A stretch of DNA of 59,661 nt from Thermoplasmatales archaeon SW_10_69_26 (GTDB taxonomy: Archaea; Thermoplasmatota; SW-10-69-26), in NCBI GenBank assembly GCA_003009755.1, contig PXUB01000023.1, positions 1 to 59,661 on the forward strand, in the 5' to 3' direction. Made by a program: the position numbers and the translations under genes. Positions 1-9,785 of this stretch are shown in pieces. The notes beneath the pieces were generated by a model. That model was not told where the DNA came from, made no database searches, and worked only from the letters and a program-made list of their open reading frames with translations. Within the stretch, counting starts at the first letter, position 1, and every line of letters begins with the position of its first letter.

Positions 1-1
1 G

Positions 2-682
2 ATCGCCTACGAAGCAGGCCGGCTCCACGTCGTCTGGAAGGAATCGATCCTCGACAACCCTGATCCCGACCCTGGCTACGCCGTCAAACCCCTCGACGAT
101 CCCGACAGCGGCTGGGTGATCGATGCTGTCCCGCAGGAACCGGTCTCCTGTGATGAGGAGCCGGGCGTCGGGGCTGCGCCGGACGGCTCGGCCTGGGTCA
201 GTTGCCGCGGCAACGACGGCATCACGGCCTGGCACCGCACTCCTGACGGTGCCTGGAGCCACGAGCAGGTGAGCGATGGATCCAACCTCGTTCCTCCTCG
301 GACTCAGCAGGGGTTGGACCGTTACAGCGCGATCGCAGTCGATGACGACGGCGTGCCGCACGTCGTGTTCAACACACTGGCACCGGTGTTCTTCGAGAAC
401 GACGTGACCCGGCCCGGCCAGCCTCAGTACGCAGCCCGCGTGGATGGAGACTGGACGGTGGAAACGATCGACCGGGATGGACAGGACAACGGCCGGAATC
501 CCGGCATCGCCTTGGACGAGGCCGGGCGCCCGCACGTCAGCTACGTGCTGGCGAACCGGATCGATCCCAACCCGGGCCACCCGTGTCCTGGATGCGGTGA
601 GTTGAACGAACGTCATCAGCTTCGCCACGCCCAACCGCTGGCCACCACACTGCTCGGCGATCTGCCCACGGTGCCACGCTAG
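2..682 (+). CDS. Secreted/extracellular beta-propeller-like protein, 5'-partial (runs off the window start)
   Basis: Frame is open from nt 2 (IAYEAGRLHVVWKE...). Repeated W-x-x-E-x-(V/I)D and IA(V/L)DxxGxPH(V/I) blade-like motifs. Confidence 0.6.
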   Translation: MAYEAGRLHVVWKESILDNPDPDPGYAVKPLDDPDSGWVIDAVPQEPVSCDEEPGVGAAPDGSAWVSCRGNDGITAWHRTPDGAWSHEQVSDGSNLVPPRTQQGLDRYSAIAVDDDGVPHVVFNTLAPVFFENDVTRPGQPQYAARVDGDWTVETIDRDGQDNGRNPGIALDEAGRPHVSYVLANRIDPNPGHPCPGCGELNERHQLRHAQPLATTLLGDLPTVPR

Positions 683-984
683 CCGCTTGCATCTCCGGCA
701 GGGTACAGCCGTTGCTTCTGCTCGGCCTCGCGCACCTCGATCAGCGCCTCGTCCAGCAGCTTGTCCACGTCGTAGGCCACCAGCTGCCTCGTCGTCTCCA
801 AGCGGCGGGCGATCTCGGGACCGTGGATACCCGGTTGCTGGTTGATCTGTTGCAGCACCTTCTCCCGCGTCGAGCGCGGCTCGCGGTCGGCGAGGTCCGA
901 TCCCTGAACGTAGAACCGGCGATCCAAGCCCTCGCGGCGACTGTGGACGAAGGCGGCGTCCTCGAGCCGCTGCACGTGGTACAC
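679..984 (-). pseudogene. Tandem winged-helix regulator, N-terminally truncated remnant
   Basis: GYGAVVYHVQRLE...PGIHGPEIARRLETTRQLVAY resembles the double wHTH of 36390..37547. An in-frame TAG at 1028-1030 removes the first HTH helices. Confidence 0.55.
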
Positions 985-1027
985 GACGGCACCGTAGCCG
1001 CCCCCGGGCCTCGCGGACGAGCGCCCC

Positions 1028-1340
1028 TAGACTGCCGGCTGTGCTTGGGTTAAGCTCTCGCTCGGCCTCAGGCGGTGAAAGCGCGGAGCCGAGACGAAGG
1101 AGTAGCCAGAGGCTACTTCGATGTCGACGGCGACAACGCTTGCAACAGGCGCACTTGTGGAACTCGCGTCGTCGCCGCCTGAGCGCGGCCCCGCCGTGAG
1201 GGGGGTCACGGAGACCGCTCCCCCTCGATTTGGTGAACATTTCCTGGCCAACCGCTCGTAGGGGGAGACCGTGGGACCGGAAATGTTCTGGTCTCCCGAG
1301 ACCGGCGCGAGAGCCTAAGCAAAACAAGACCGGCAGTCTA
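1028..1340. mobile_element. MITE-like non-autonomous element, ~46-bp imperfect terminal inverted repeats, TA duplication at the asd stop codon
   Basis: Left end TAGACTGCCGGctgtgcttgggttaagctctcgc; reverse complement of right end TAGACTGCCGGtcttgttttgcttaggctctcgc. No transposase ORF inside. Confidence 0.8.
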
Positions 1341-2366
1341 TCCCACGTAGTCCCGCTCGACGGCCAGCTCGGCGTTCATCACCGAGCAGCCGGCGGCGCC
1401 GCGCACGGTGTTGGAGCCCAGGCACACGAGCTTGACGGTGCCCGTTGGGTCCTCGCGCACGCGGCCGACGGTGACGCCCATGCCGTCGTCGACGTAGGTG
1501 TCGCGTCGGGGCTGGGGCCGGTCGGGGTCGTCGGTCACGCGGATGACCTGCTCGGGGCTGGCCGCCAGGTCGGCAACCTGCTCGGGCGGGCGGTAGGTGG
1601 CCAGCGTGTGCGCGACGTCCTCGGGCGTGGCGTCGTCGGCCAGGTCGAGGTGGAGCACGATCGTGTGCCCCTCGGGGACGGGGACGCGGGTGGCGGTGGC
1701 GGAGACGGACAGGTCGCGGTGGGTGATCGAGTCGGCCTCGCGGCGGCCGAGGATCTTGCAGGGCTCGGTCTCGATCTTGTCCTCCTCGCCGCCGATGCGG
1801 GGAAGGACGTTGGCGGTGGCGTCCAGCGAGGGCACGCCGGGGTAGCCGGCGCCCGACAAGGCTTGCAGCGTGACGACGTCGACCCGGCGGAGGCCGTGTT
1901 CGTCGAGGAGCGGTTTCAGCGGGGTCACGGCGACGATCGCCGAGCAGTTGGGGTTGGCGACGAGGAACCCGTCTCGGTCGGCAACGAGGTCGAGGTGGTC
2001 GGGGTTGACGTCGGGCACGACGAGCGGGACGTCGGGGTCCATGCGGTGGGCGCTGGCGTTCGTGAACACCGCGTGGCCCTGCTTGGCCAGCCGGGGTTCC
2101 AGCTGCCTGGCGGCCGAGCTGGGGATCGCCGAGAAGACGGCCTCGGCCTGGAGGTCGGCGTCCGTCGAGAGCACGGTCTCGTCCCGCACGGCCTCGGGCA
2201 CGTCGCCGGGCGCGATCCAGTCGACGGCTTGGCCGTAGCGTTGGCCAGCGCTGGAGGAGCCGACGAGCTCGGCGAGCGCGAACGTGGGGTGGTCGTGGAC
2301 GAGGCGCACGAACTGCTGGCCGACGGCGCCGGTGGCGCCGAGCACGGCGACGGGGGTCTTGGTCAC
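1338..2366 (-). CDS. asd: Aspartate-semialdehyde dehydrogenase
   Basis: VLGATGAVGQ Rossmann motif, ANPNCS catalytic Cys, QALSGAG, RVPVPEGH, NTVRGAAG. Confidence 0.97.
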   Translation of the reverse strand: MTKTPVAVLGATGAVGQQFVRLVHDHPTFALAELVGSSSAGQRYGQAVDWIAPGDVPEAVRDETVLSTDADLQAEAVFSAIPSSAARQLEPRLAKQGHAVFTNASAHRMDPDVPLVVPDVNPDHLDLVADRDGFLVANPNCSAIVAVTPLKPLLDEHGLRRVDVVTLQALSGAGYPGVPSLDATANVLPRIGGEEDKIETEPCKILGRREADSITHRDLSVSATATRVPVPEGHTIVLHLDLADDATPEDVAHTLATYRPPEQVADLAASPEQVIRVTDDPDRPQPRRDTYVDDGMGVTVGRVREDPTGTVKLVCLGSNTVRGAAGCSVMNAELAVERDYVG

Positions 2367-3769
2367 GATGGTACCTCCGGGGCGTCCTCGATCAGGAACT
2401 CGTTGTGCAGGGCGGACAAGGTCGTTTCGAGGTCCTCGTCGTCGACGACGAAGCTGAGGGCGACGTTGCTGGAGCCGACGCTGATCATGTTGACGTTGAC
2501 GCCGGCCTCGCCGACGACGGTGAACACGCGGCCGGCCACGCCGTGGTGGCTGCCGATGTCCTGGCCGACGAAGCAGACGAGGGAGAACCCGCGGTTGACG
2601 GTGACGTTCTCGACGGTGGGGATCTCGGCCTCGCGGATGAGCTGGGCGGCCTGCTCGGCGTCGTCCCCGTCGACGAGGAGCGCGAAGCTGGCCTGGCTGG
2701 CGGCCATGTTGACGACGTTGATGTCGGCGTCGCCGAGCGTGGCGAACACGTCGCGGCCGACGCCGGGCGTGTAGGCCATGCCCGAGCCCTGCATGCGGAC
2801 GATGGCGAAGCCCTCGCGAGCGCCGATCGCGCGCAGGTGCTCGGGTTCGTCCATCGGCGGCCCGATGCGGGTGCCGGGGGCTTCGGGGTTGAGCGTGTTC
2901 TTGACGAGGATCGGGATCGTGCTCTCGTCGAGCGGTTCGACGGTGCGGGGGTGGAGCACGCGGACGCCGAGGTAGGCGAGCTCGGCGGCCTCGTCGTAGG
3001 TCATCTCCTCGATCGGACGGGCCTGGCTGATGCGCTCGGGGTCGGCGGTGAGGAACCCGTCGACGTCCTTCCAGACCTCGAGCGCGTCGGCGTTGAGGGC
3101 GTGGGCGATGACGGCGCCGCTGTAGTCGGAGCCGCCGCGACCGAACGTGGTGACGTGACCCTCCTCGTCGCGGCCGAAGTACCCGGTGACGACGGGGATC
3201 TGGCCCGCCTGCAGGCGGGGCACGAGCTCGTCGCGCACGTTGTGGCGGGTCGGGCCCATCCAGGCGGTGGCGAGGCCGTAGGTTCCGTCGGTGACGATGC
3301 CCAGCTCGTCGGCGTCGATCGCGTGCGCGTCCTCGCCGCGTTGCTGGAGCGCGAACGACAAAAGCCGGGCGGCGAGGCGTTCGCCGAAGCTGACGGCGAA
3401 GTCGCGCGTCCTGGGCGTAAGCTCCTCGGTGTAGGCGATGCCGTACAGCAGGCGCTGGAACTCCTCGAGCACGGGGTCGAGCGCGGCGGTGCCCTCCTCG
3501 ACGAGGTCGGGCGCGGCTTCGGCGAGCGCGACCTCGTGGCGTTCGCGGGCGTGCTCGATGAAGCCCTCGACGTGGTCTTGGCCCTCCTGGACGTCCTCGA
3601 GGGCGTCGAGGATCTCGTCGGTGAAGCCGTTCAGGGCGGAGACGACGATGACGAGCGGTTCCTCGCGATCCTCGACGAGGCCGGCGACGTGGGCGAAGTC
3701 GGATCCCTGGCGCAGGGAGGAGCCGCCGAACTTGAGCACGCGCGCGGTTTCGGGGGTGCCGGGGCTCAC
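2363..3769 (-). CDS. lysC: Aspartate kinase with two C-terminal ACT domains
   Basis: VLKFGGSS, TTFGRGGSDYS, WKDVDGFLTADP, VLHPRT. GTG start overlaps the upstream stop (GTGA). Confidence 0.95.
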   Translation of the reverse strand: MSPGTPETARVLKFGGSSLRQGSDFAHVAGLVEDREEPLVIVVSALNGFTDEILDALEDVQEGQDHVEGFIEHARERHEVALAEAAPDLVEEGTAALDPVLEEFQRLLYGIAYTEELTPRTRDFAVSFGERLAARLLSFALQQRGEDAHAIDADELGIVTDGTYGLATAWMGPTRHNVRDELVPRLQAGQIPVVTGYFGRDEEGHVTTFGRGGSDYSGAVIAHALNADALEVWKDVDGFLTADPERISQARPIEEMTYDEAAELAYLGVRVLHPRTVEPLDESTIPILVKNTLNPEAPGTRIGPPMDEPEHLRAIGAREGFAIVRMQGSGMAYTPGVGRDVFATLGDADINVVNMAASQASFALLVDGDDAEQAAQLIREAEIPTVENVTVNRGFSLVCFVGQDIGSHHGVAGRVFTVVGEAGVNVNMISVGSSNVALSFVVDDEDLETTLSALHNEFLIEDAPEVPS

Positions 3770-4854
3770 GGGTGGCCGACCCCCTCGTGCGGTCCGAAGA
3801 AGCGATCGTAGGTCCGCATGGCGTCGTGGAAGGCCTCCTGGGCCCAGCGGTTCTCGTCGATCGCGTCGACGGCGCTGTGCAGGGCCTCGTAGACGTTCTC
3901 GCTCTCGTCGTTGAGGGCCTGGATCTGGCGGTACAGCTCGGCGTTCTCGCCGGCGACCTCGGCGGCGACGTCGCTTTGCTTGAGGAAGGTGGGGCCGCCG
4001 AGCTCGGCCAGATCCGCGTAGTCGAACGCGGATCCGGCGAGGACGTCGGCGTAGGCGAGGTTGAGGGCGTGTGGGAGGCCCAGCGTGAGCGCCATGGCTT
4101 CGTCGTGGCGGTCCAGCGGGAAGCGGACGACGTGGGCGGCCGATCGCTCGAACAGCTCGACGGCTCGCTCGGTCGCTTCCTCGTGCCCGCAGTCGCACAC
4201 GAGCACGTTCTTGTCGGAGAGGACGCGCGTCCCGGGACCCCACAGGGGGTGGACGCTGGTGACGGGCTGGTCCTCGGCCAGGCGCTCGAGTTCGTCCTCG
4301 ATCGGGGATTTCAGCGAGGCGACGTCCATGACGAGGACGTCGACGCCCTCCAGATCGCGGAGGACCTCGGCGGTCTCGGCGGGCGGGGTGGCGAGGATGA
4401 CGATCTCGCAGCTCTCGGCCGTGGACTTGGGATCGGTGGTGAAGGGGAAGCCCTCGAGCGGGCCAGCGACGTCGTTGATGATGACCTCGTAGCCGAGGCC
4501 GTTGACGAAGTGGGCCAGCCAGGCGCCCATCTGACCGGCGCCGCCGACGATGAGGACGCGACCTTGGCCGCCTTTGACGGGTTGCAGACCGTCGGACTCC
4601 TGGGCGCGGAGGGCTTCGCTGATGAGGATGCGGGCCAGGCGTTCGCCGATCTCGGGCGCCAGGCCGCGGTCGGTGAAGCCCTCGCGGATGCGGTCGACGA
4701 CCTGGCGTTCGACGTCGTAGTCGCGGATGCCGACCTGCTCTTCGCGTTTGAGCTCGCCGGCGCGGCGGGCGGCCTCGACGCGGTCCTGCACGAGGCTGAC
4801 GAGCCGCTCGTCGAGCTTCTCGATCTCCTGGCGGACCTGGTCAAGCTCCGCCAT
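3766..4854 (-). CDS. tyrA: Bifunctional chorismate mutase / prephenate dehydrogenase
   Basis: N-terminal AroQ-type CM (LDQVRQEIEKLDERLVSLVQDR), then IVGGAGQMG, DVASLK, SVHPLWGP, HDEAMA. Confidence 0.9.
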   Translation of the reverse strand: MAELDQVRQEIEKLDERLVSLVQDRVEAARRAGELKREEQVGIRDYDVERQVVDRIREGFTDRGLAPEIGERLARILISEALRAQESDGLQPVKGGQGRVLIVGGAGQMGAWLAHFVNGLGYEVIINDVAGPLEGFPFTTDPKSTAESCEIVILATPPAETAEVLRDLEGVDVLVMDVASLKSPIEDELERLAEDQPVTSVHPLWGPGTRVLSDKNVLVCDCGHEEATERAVELFERSAAHVVRFPLDRHDEAMALTLGLPHALNLAYADVLAGSAFDYADLAELGGPTFLKQSDVAAEVAGENAELYRQIQALNDESENVYEALHSAVDAIDENRWAQEAFHDAMRTYDRFFGPHEGVGHP

Positions 4855-5935
4855 GGCCTCGCCCCCTGCGCATCGCGAACAGATCCATGATGGCGCACGC
4901 CATCGTGGCCTCGACGACCGGGACGGCGCGCGGCAGGATGCAGGGATCGTGGCGGCCCTCGACGGTGAGCGAGGTGTCCTCGCCGGTCTCGAGGTCGATC
5001 GTGTCCTGGGGTTGGCCGATGCTGGTCGGCGGCTTGAAGATGACCTCGGTCCGGATCGGCATGCCGCTCGTGATGCCGCCGAAGACGCCGCCACCGTCGT
5101 TCTGGGCGGTCTCGATGCGGCCAGCCTCGTCGTAGGTCCAGTTGTCGTTGTGCTCGCTGCCGCGCATCTCGGTCGCGTCGTAGCCTTGGCCGAACTGGAC
5201 GCCCTTCGTGGCGGGCAGGCTCATCATCGCGTGCCCGACGACGCCCTCGACCTTCTGGAACAGGGGCTCGCCGAGGCCGGGTGGCAGGCCCTCGGCGATG
5301 CATTGGACGATGCCGCCGAGGCTGTCCTCGTCGTCGCGGGCCTCGCGGATCGCTTCGGTCATGCGCTCGGCGGCGTCCGGGTCGGCGCAGCGGACGAGGT
5401 TGTCCTCGACGTTCTCGCGGATCTGCTCGACCGTGTCCAGCTTGGGCGCCTCGACATCGGCGACCTTGCGGACGTGGGCGGCGACCTCGATGCCGCGCTG
5501 GGCGAGGTACTTGCGGGCGAGGCTGCCGGCCATGACGAGGCCGGCGGTGAGCCGGCCGCTGAACATGCCGCCGCCGCGGTAGTCGTTGCGGTCGGCGAAC
5601 AGGATGCGGGCGGTGAGGTCGGCGTGGCCGGGTCGGGGCTTGGTGAGGAACTCGTGGTACTTGCTGGAGTCCACGTCCTCGTTGTGGATGAGCATGAGGA
5701 CCGGGGCGCCGGTCGTGACGCCGTCCTTGGTGCCGGAGTCGATGGTGCAGACGTCGCCCTCGTCGCGGGGCGTGGTGACGTCGGATTGGCCGGGGCGGCG
5801 GCGCAGGAGGGCGGGTTGGACGTCGGTATGGTCGAAGGGGATGCCGCTGGGGACGCCGTCGACGAGAACGCCGACGACGTCGCCGTGGCTTTCGCCGAGG
5901 ATCGAGACCTGGAAGTCGTTGCCGAGCGTGTTCAT
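4841..5935 (-). CDS. aroC: Chorismate synthase
   Basis: GESHG, PRPGHAD, DYRGGGMFSGRLTA, GRHDPCI motifs. Confidence 0.97.
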   Translation of the reverse strand: MNTLGNDFQVSILGESHGDVVGVLVDGVPSGIPFDHTDVQPALLRRRPGQSDVTTPRDEGDVCTIDSGTKDGVTTGAPVLMLIHNEDVDSSKYHEFLTKPRPGHADLTARILFADRNDYRGGGMFSGRLTAGLVMAGSLARKYLAQRGIEVAAHVRKVADVEAPKLDTVEQIRENVEDNLVRCADPDAAERMTEAIREARDDEDSLGGIVQCIAEGLPPGLGEPLFQKVEGVVGHAMMSLPATKGVQFGQGYDATEMRGSEHNDNWTYDEAGRIETAQNDGGGVFGGITSGMPIRTEVIFKPPTSIGQPQDTIDLETGEDTSLTVEGRHDPCILPRAVPVVEATMACAIMDLFAMRRGRGHGGA

Positions 5936-6062
5936 GGGCTCACCTTCGGTCGGGGACCGCGAGAGCGGCTCGGGGGCACGCGCTCGAGGGGGAGCTCGAG
6001 GACGGGTCGATGGAATGGCATCCACCGATGAAGGCAGAGGGGATCGACCGAGCGCCCTTCGG

Positions 6063-6177
6063 GCTGGCCCGCGAGACGGCCGACGAGGCAGCCGTGCAGC
6101 CGTCGTCGCCTTCCATCGAGGTAGCCTCGGGCTACCTCTGCTTCAGGCTCCTTGGCTTCGGCCGTTCGCGGACCAGC
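6063..6177. repeat. Structured palindromic element, a second copy of the MITE core
   Basis: Outer stem GCTGGCCCGCGAGACGGCCGA / TCGGCCGTTCGCGGACCAGC; inner hairpin GAGGTAGCC-TCG-GGCTACCTC (6118-6138). Similar to the reverse complement of 1067-1183. Confidence 0.7.
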
Positions 6178-6191
6178 GTGACCCCGATCCG

Positions 6192-7472
6192 TCATCGGGC
6201 CCCCTCCCTCGGTTCGTCGGGGTTCGTGTCGATCTTGGCGCCGAGGCGGTCCATCACGGATGGGAACTCGGGGTAGGAGACGGCGTGGGCGTCGGTGGGG
6301 CCGGTGACGGTGACGGGTTGCTGGGCGGCCAGGCCGGCGACGGCGAAGGCCATCTGGATGCGGTGGTCGCCGCGGCCGTCGACGGTGCCCCCGGAGAGCA
6401 GGCCGCCTTGGATGCGGGCGCCGCCGTCGAGGGCTTCGGTCTCGACGCCGAGCTCGTCGAGGCCCTCGACCACGGCCTCGATGCGGTCGGATTCCTTGTC
6501 GCGCAGGTGCGGGGCGCCGGTGAGCTCGCTGGTGCCTTCGACGGTGGCGGCGAGCACGGCCAGCGCCGGGAACAGGTCGGGGTTGTCGGAGAGGTCGACG
6601 TCGGCGGGTTGGGTGGCCTTCCCGGTGACGGTGAGTGCCTCGGCCTCGCGTTCGACGGGGGCGCCGAAGCGGCCGATCAACTCGGCGATGCGTTCGTCAC
6701 CTTGGCCGGTGTCCTCGGGGAGGTTGGTGACGGTGACGTGGCCGCCGGTGATCGCGGCGGCGACGAGGGGGAAGGCGGCGGCGCTGTAGTCGCCGGGCAC
6801 GGCGACGTGGGCGGCCTCGAGGTCCTGGGGTTCGATCGCGAACGTGTCGGGGCCACGCTCGATCGTGACGCCGGCGTCCCCGAGCACGCGACAGGTGAGG
6901 TCGACGTAGGGCTTGGAGGCGATCTCGCCTTTGACCTCGAGCTCGAGGCCCTCGGGCATGAGGGGGGCGGCCAAGAGCAAAGCGGTGACGTACTGGCTGG
7001 AGGCGGTGGCGTCGACGGACGTGGAGCCGCCGTGGACGGGGCCCGCGATGCGGACGGGCGGGGTGCCGTCGGGGTCGAGGTCGACGTCGGCGCCCAGCGA
7101 GGCGAGCGCGTCGGCGAGCGGGCCCATCGGTCGTTCGTTGAGCGAGCCGTCGCCGGCGATCACGGACTCGCCCTCGCAGAGGGCGGCGATCGCGGTGGCG
7201 ATGCGGAGCGTGGTGCCGCTGTTGGCGACGTCGATCTCGGCGGGGGCGAGGTGGGCGCCGCGGACGACGAGCTCGGTGCGGGTGGCGACGGTCTTGGCAC
7301 CGAAGCCGAGGATGGCGTCGTGGCTGGCGCGCGTGTCCTCGCTCCAGAGGGGCTGGCTGACGGTGCCGCCGCCGGCCGCGAGCGCGAAGAACATGCCGCG
7401 GTGGGTGACGGACTTCGAGCTGGGGGCCCGCGTGGTGCCTTCGACGGGGCCGGGGCGGACGGTGAGGCTCAT
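6192..7472 (-). CDS. aroA: 3-phosphoshikimate 1-carboxyvinyltransferase (EPSP synthase)
   Basis: APSSKSVTHR, ANSGTTLR, SSQYVTALL, LRDKESDRI, GDHRIQMAF, SYPEF. Confidence 0.97.
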   Translation of the reverse strand: MSLTVRPGPVEGTTRAPSSKSVTHRGMFFALAAGGGTVSQPLWSEDTRASHDAILGFGAKTVATRTELVVRGAHLAPAEIDVANSGTTLRIATAIAALCEGESVIAGDGSLNERPMGPLADALASLGADVDLDPDGTPPVRIAGPVHGGSTSVDATASSQYVTALLLAAPLMPEGLELEVKGEIASKPYVDLTCRVLGDAGVTIERGPDTFAIEPQDLEAAHVAVPGDYSAAAFPLVAAAITGGHVTVTNLPEDTGQGDERIAELIGRFGAPVEREAEALTVTGKATQPADVDLSDNPDLFPALAVLAATVEGTSELTGAPHLRDKESDRIEAVVEGLDELGVETEALDGGARIQGGLLSGGTVDGRGDHRIQMAFAVAGLAAQQPVTVTGPTDAHAVSYPEFPSVMDRLGAKIDTNPDEPREGAR

Positions 7473-8320
7473 CGGGCCACCTCCCCGTCGCGGGTGCCCG
7501 TGGTGATGATGGGGCTGTTGTAGGGCTGCCAGGCTCCGCGCACGGCGGCGGTGGCTTGCTCGGAGCAGACGGCCCCGGTCGCCGGGCCGGTCCCGGAGAG
7601 ACCGGCGGCCTGGGCGCCGGCGGTCAGCGCGCGGTAGGCCGGGTCCATCGGGGAGCCGAGCGCGGCGGCGACGCCGAGCCCGTTGAGGGTGAGGGCCGTG
7701 GGCCAGTCGTCCTCGGCCAGCCGGTCCAGGGCGTGCTCGCTCGCGGGGCGGGCCTGGTCGAGGTCGTCGACGTCGGCGGTGAAGCGGCGGCTCGTGGGCA
7801 CCAAAAGGAGCACGGGTCGCGATGCGCCAAGAGGTTTTCGTCGCAGGATCTCGTCCTCGCGGTTGTCGGTGACGACGAGACCGCCGAGCAGGCTGGCGGC
7901 GGCGTCGTCGAGGGCGCCGGTCACGGTGACGCCGGCTTGTCGGGCGGCGGCGAGGCCGAGCTCGAGCACCAGCTCGGGGTCCCGGCGTTCGTCGAGGGCG
8001 TCGAGGATGGCGAGAACGATCGCGTTGGCGGCCGAGCTGGAGGATTTCAGGCCGCGGGCGATCGGGATGTCGCTGTCGGTCGCGACCGTGCCGGACAGCT
8101 CCTCGTCGTAGCGCTCACCGACGACGTCGACACAGGCTTGGGCTAGCGAGGGGTCGGCCTCGGGCTCGTCCCCGACGGTGACGTCGACGGGGCCGGGCTC
8201 GGAGGTGAGCTCGACGTGGGCCGTGGTCTCGAGATCGAGCCCGATGGCGGCGCCTTGCCCGGTGGGGATGGCGTTGACGACGGTGAGCGCGCCGCCGGAT
8301 CGACCTTCGCCGACGAGCAT
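7469..8320 (-). CDS. aroK: Archaeal (GHMP-type) shikimate kinase
   Basis: TVVNAIPTGQGAA, IPIARGLKSSSSAANA, TGALDDAAASLLGG, GLSGTGP. Confidence 0.93.
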   Translation of the reverse strand: MLVGEGRSGGALTVVNAIPTGQGAAIGLDLETTAHVELTSEPGPVDVTVGDEPEADPSLAQACVDVVGERYDEELSGTVATDSDIPIARGLKSSSSAANAIVLAILDALDERRDPELVLELGLAAARQAGVTVTGALDDAAASLLGGLVVTDNREDEILRRKPLGASRPVLLLVPTSRRFTADVDDLDQARPASEHALDRLAEDDWPTALTLNGLGVAAALGSPMDPAYRALTAGAQAAGLSGTGPATGAVCSEQATAAVRGAWQPYNSPIITTGTRDGEVAR

Positions 8321-9783
8321 CAGGTCGCCTCCTGGCAGGCTCGTTCGAGGGCGCGGGTGCGGGCGGCGGTGCTCATGCGGGCGCGGGTGGCCTCGTCGAC
8401 GTCCTCGCCAATCCAGAAGGCCAGCGAGCGGACGCCTTGGGCGACGAGCAGGTCGAGCCCGTCGAGGGTGCAGGCGCCGGCCTGACGGGCGCGCTGGGCG
8501 AAGGCGGCGCGGTGGCCGTAGTTGGCGTCGAAGGCCACGGCGTGCGAGAGCGCGTCGTCGGGGACGGGCGGGTCGACGGGCGTGGCGTTCACGACGACGC
8601 CGTCGACCGGTAGCGCCTGGGCGAGCGCCTCGGGCTCGAGGTCCACGACGCGGACGTCGGCGTCGGGGGCGTCGGCGAGGCGTTCGGCGCGCTTGCGGGT
8701 GCGGTTGGCCAGGCGGATCTCGGCGCCGGCCTGGGCGAGGGCGTGCGTCAGGGCGCGGGCGGTGCCGCCGGCGCCGAGCACGAGCGCGGGTCGGCCGGCG
8801 AGGTCGTGGCCGCGGGCTTCGAGGGCGTCGCGGGCGCCGAGGCCGTCGGTCATGTGGACGGCCAGGTCCCCGTCGTCGAAGCGGAAGGTGTTGGCGGCGC
8901 CGACCTCGTGGGCTTCATCGGTGGCGCGGTCGGCGGCCTCGTAGAGGTCGACCTTGTGGGGGGCGGTCGTGTTGCCGCCGGCGGTGTCGACGGCCAGGCC
9001 CTCGAGCACGGTCTCGAGGTCTTCGGGGGCGACGTCGAGCAGCCGGTAGCGGGCCTCGATGCCGAGGTGGGCGAAGCCGGCCTCCTGCATCGGTGGGGAC
9101 AAGGAGTGGCCGACGGGGTGGCCCAGCAGCACGTAGTCGTGCCGAGGCTCGGGCGAGGGGGGGGGTCGGGGGAACCGCGCCTGCAGGTCGACTGGCAGCT
9201 GGCCGGGCACGGGCGAGCCGTCGGGGTCGGCGTAGACGAGGGCTTGGCCCAGCGGGCTGGCGAGGCCGCGGACGAGGCTATCCTCGGTGCCCATGAGGGC
9301 GAAGGGGGTGCCGATCTCGGGAGCTTGGAGCGCGGCCTCGGCGAGGGCTTGGGCGTCCCCGGGGCCGTCGCTGGCGGTGGCGAGCTTGGCGACGTCGGCG
9401 TCCTCGGCCAGGTCGGCGAGCTCGGCGACGATCTCGTCCGGGGCGGGCGTCGTCTCGCGGTGATCGCTGACGACCACCTGGGCGTTGACCCCGTGGGCTC
9501 GACGGGTGAGGTCCTCGCGGAAGGCGGCGTCGTGTTCGACGTCGACGAGGTCGGCGCCGGCCTCGAGCGCCTCCCTCAGGCGTCGGCGTCGCTCGTCCTC
9601 GTCGAGGCGGTCTAGGCCGCCGTCCTCGGCTCGTCGGCAGGTGGCCAGCACGGGCCGGTCGACGGTGGCGATCGCGGCGGTGATGGCGTCGGGATCGAGG
9701 GCGTCGAGGCGGACCTCGACGACGTCGGCTCGGCTGGGGGGCGGGTCGTCGTCGGGGAGCCAGGTGGCGACGACGAGCGCCAG
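8320..9783 (-). CDS. aroDE: Fused type I 3-dehydroquinate dehydratase / shikimate dehydrogenase (probable CTG start)
   Basis: AroD motifs ADVVEVRLD, ATCRRAEDGG, DVAKLA, PGQLP; AroE motifs GHPVGHSLSP, TAPHK, GAANT, LGAGGTARA. The AroD N-terminus lies upstream of the first GTG (9651). Confidence 0.9.
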   Translation of the reverse strand: MALVVATWLPDDDPPPSRADVVEVRLDALDPDAITAAIATVDRPVLATCRRAEDGGLDRLDEDERRRRLREALEAGADLVDVEHDAAFREDLTRRAHGVNAQVVVSDHRETTPAPDEIVAELADLAEDADVAKLATASDGPGDAQALAEAALQAPEIGTPFALMGTEDSLVRGLASPLGQALVYADPDGSPVPGQLPVDLQARFPRPPPSPEPRHDYVLLGHPVGHSLSPPMQEAGFAHLGIEARYRLLDVAPEDLETVLEGLAVDTAGGNTTAPHKVDLYEAADRATDEAHEVGAANTFRFDDGDLAVHMTDGLGARDALEARGHDLAGRPALVLGAGGTARALTHALAQAGAEIRLANRTRKRAERLADAPDADVRVVDLEPEALAQALPVDGVVVNATPVDPPVPDDALSHAVAFDANYGHRAAFAQRARQAGACTLDGLDLLVAQGVRSLAFWIGEDVDEATRARMSTAARTRALERACQEAT

Positions 9784-9785
9784 GT

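Noticed and set aside
5932-6195. 87-aa ORF as a bona fide enzyme of the aro pathway
   Set aside because: No recognisable motif, and it overlies a palindromic repeat; kept only as part of the structured-element finding.
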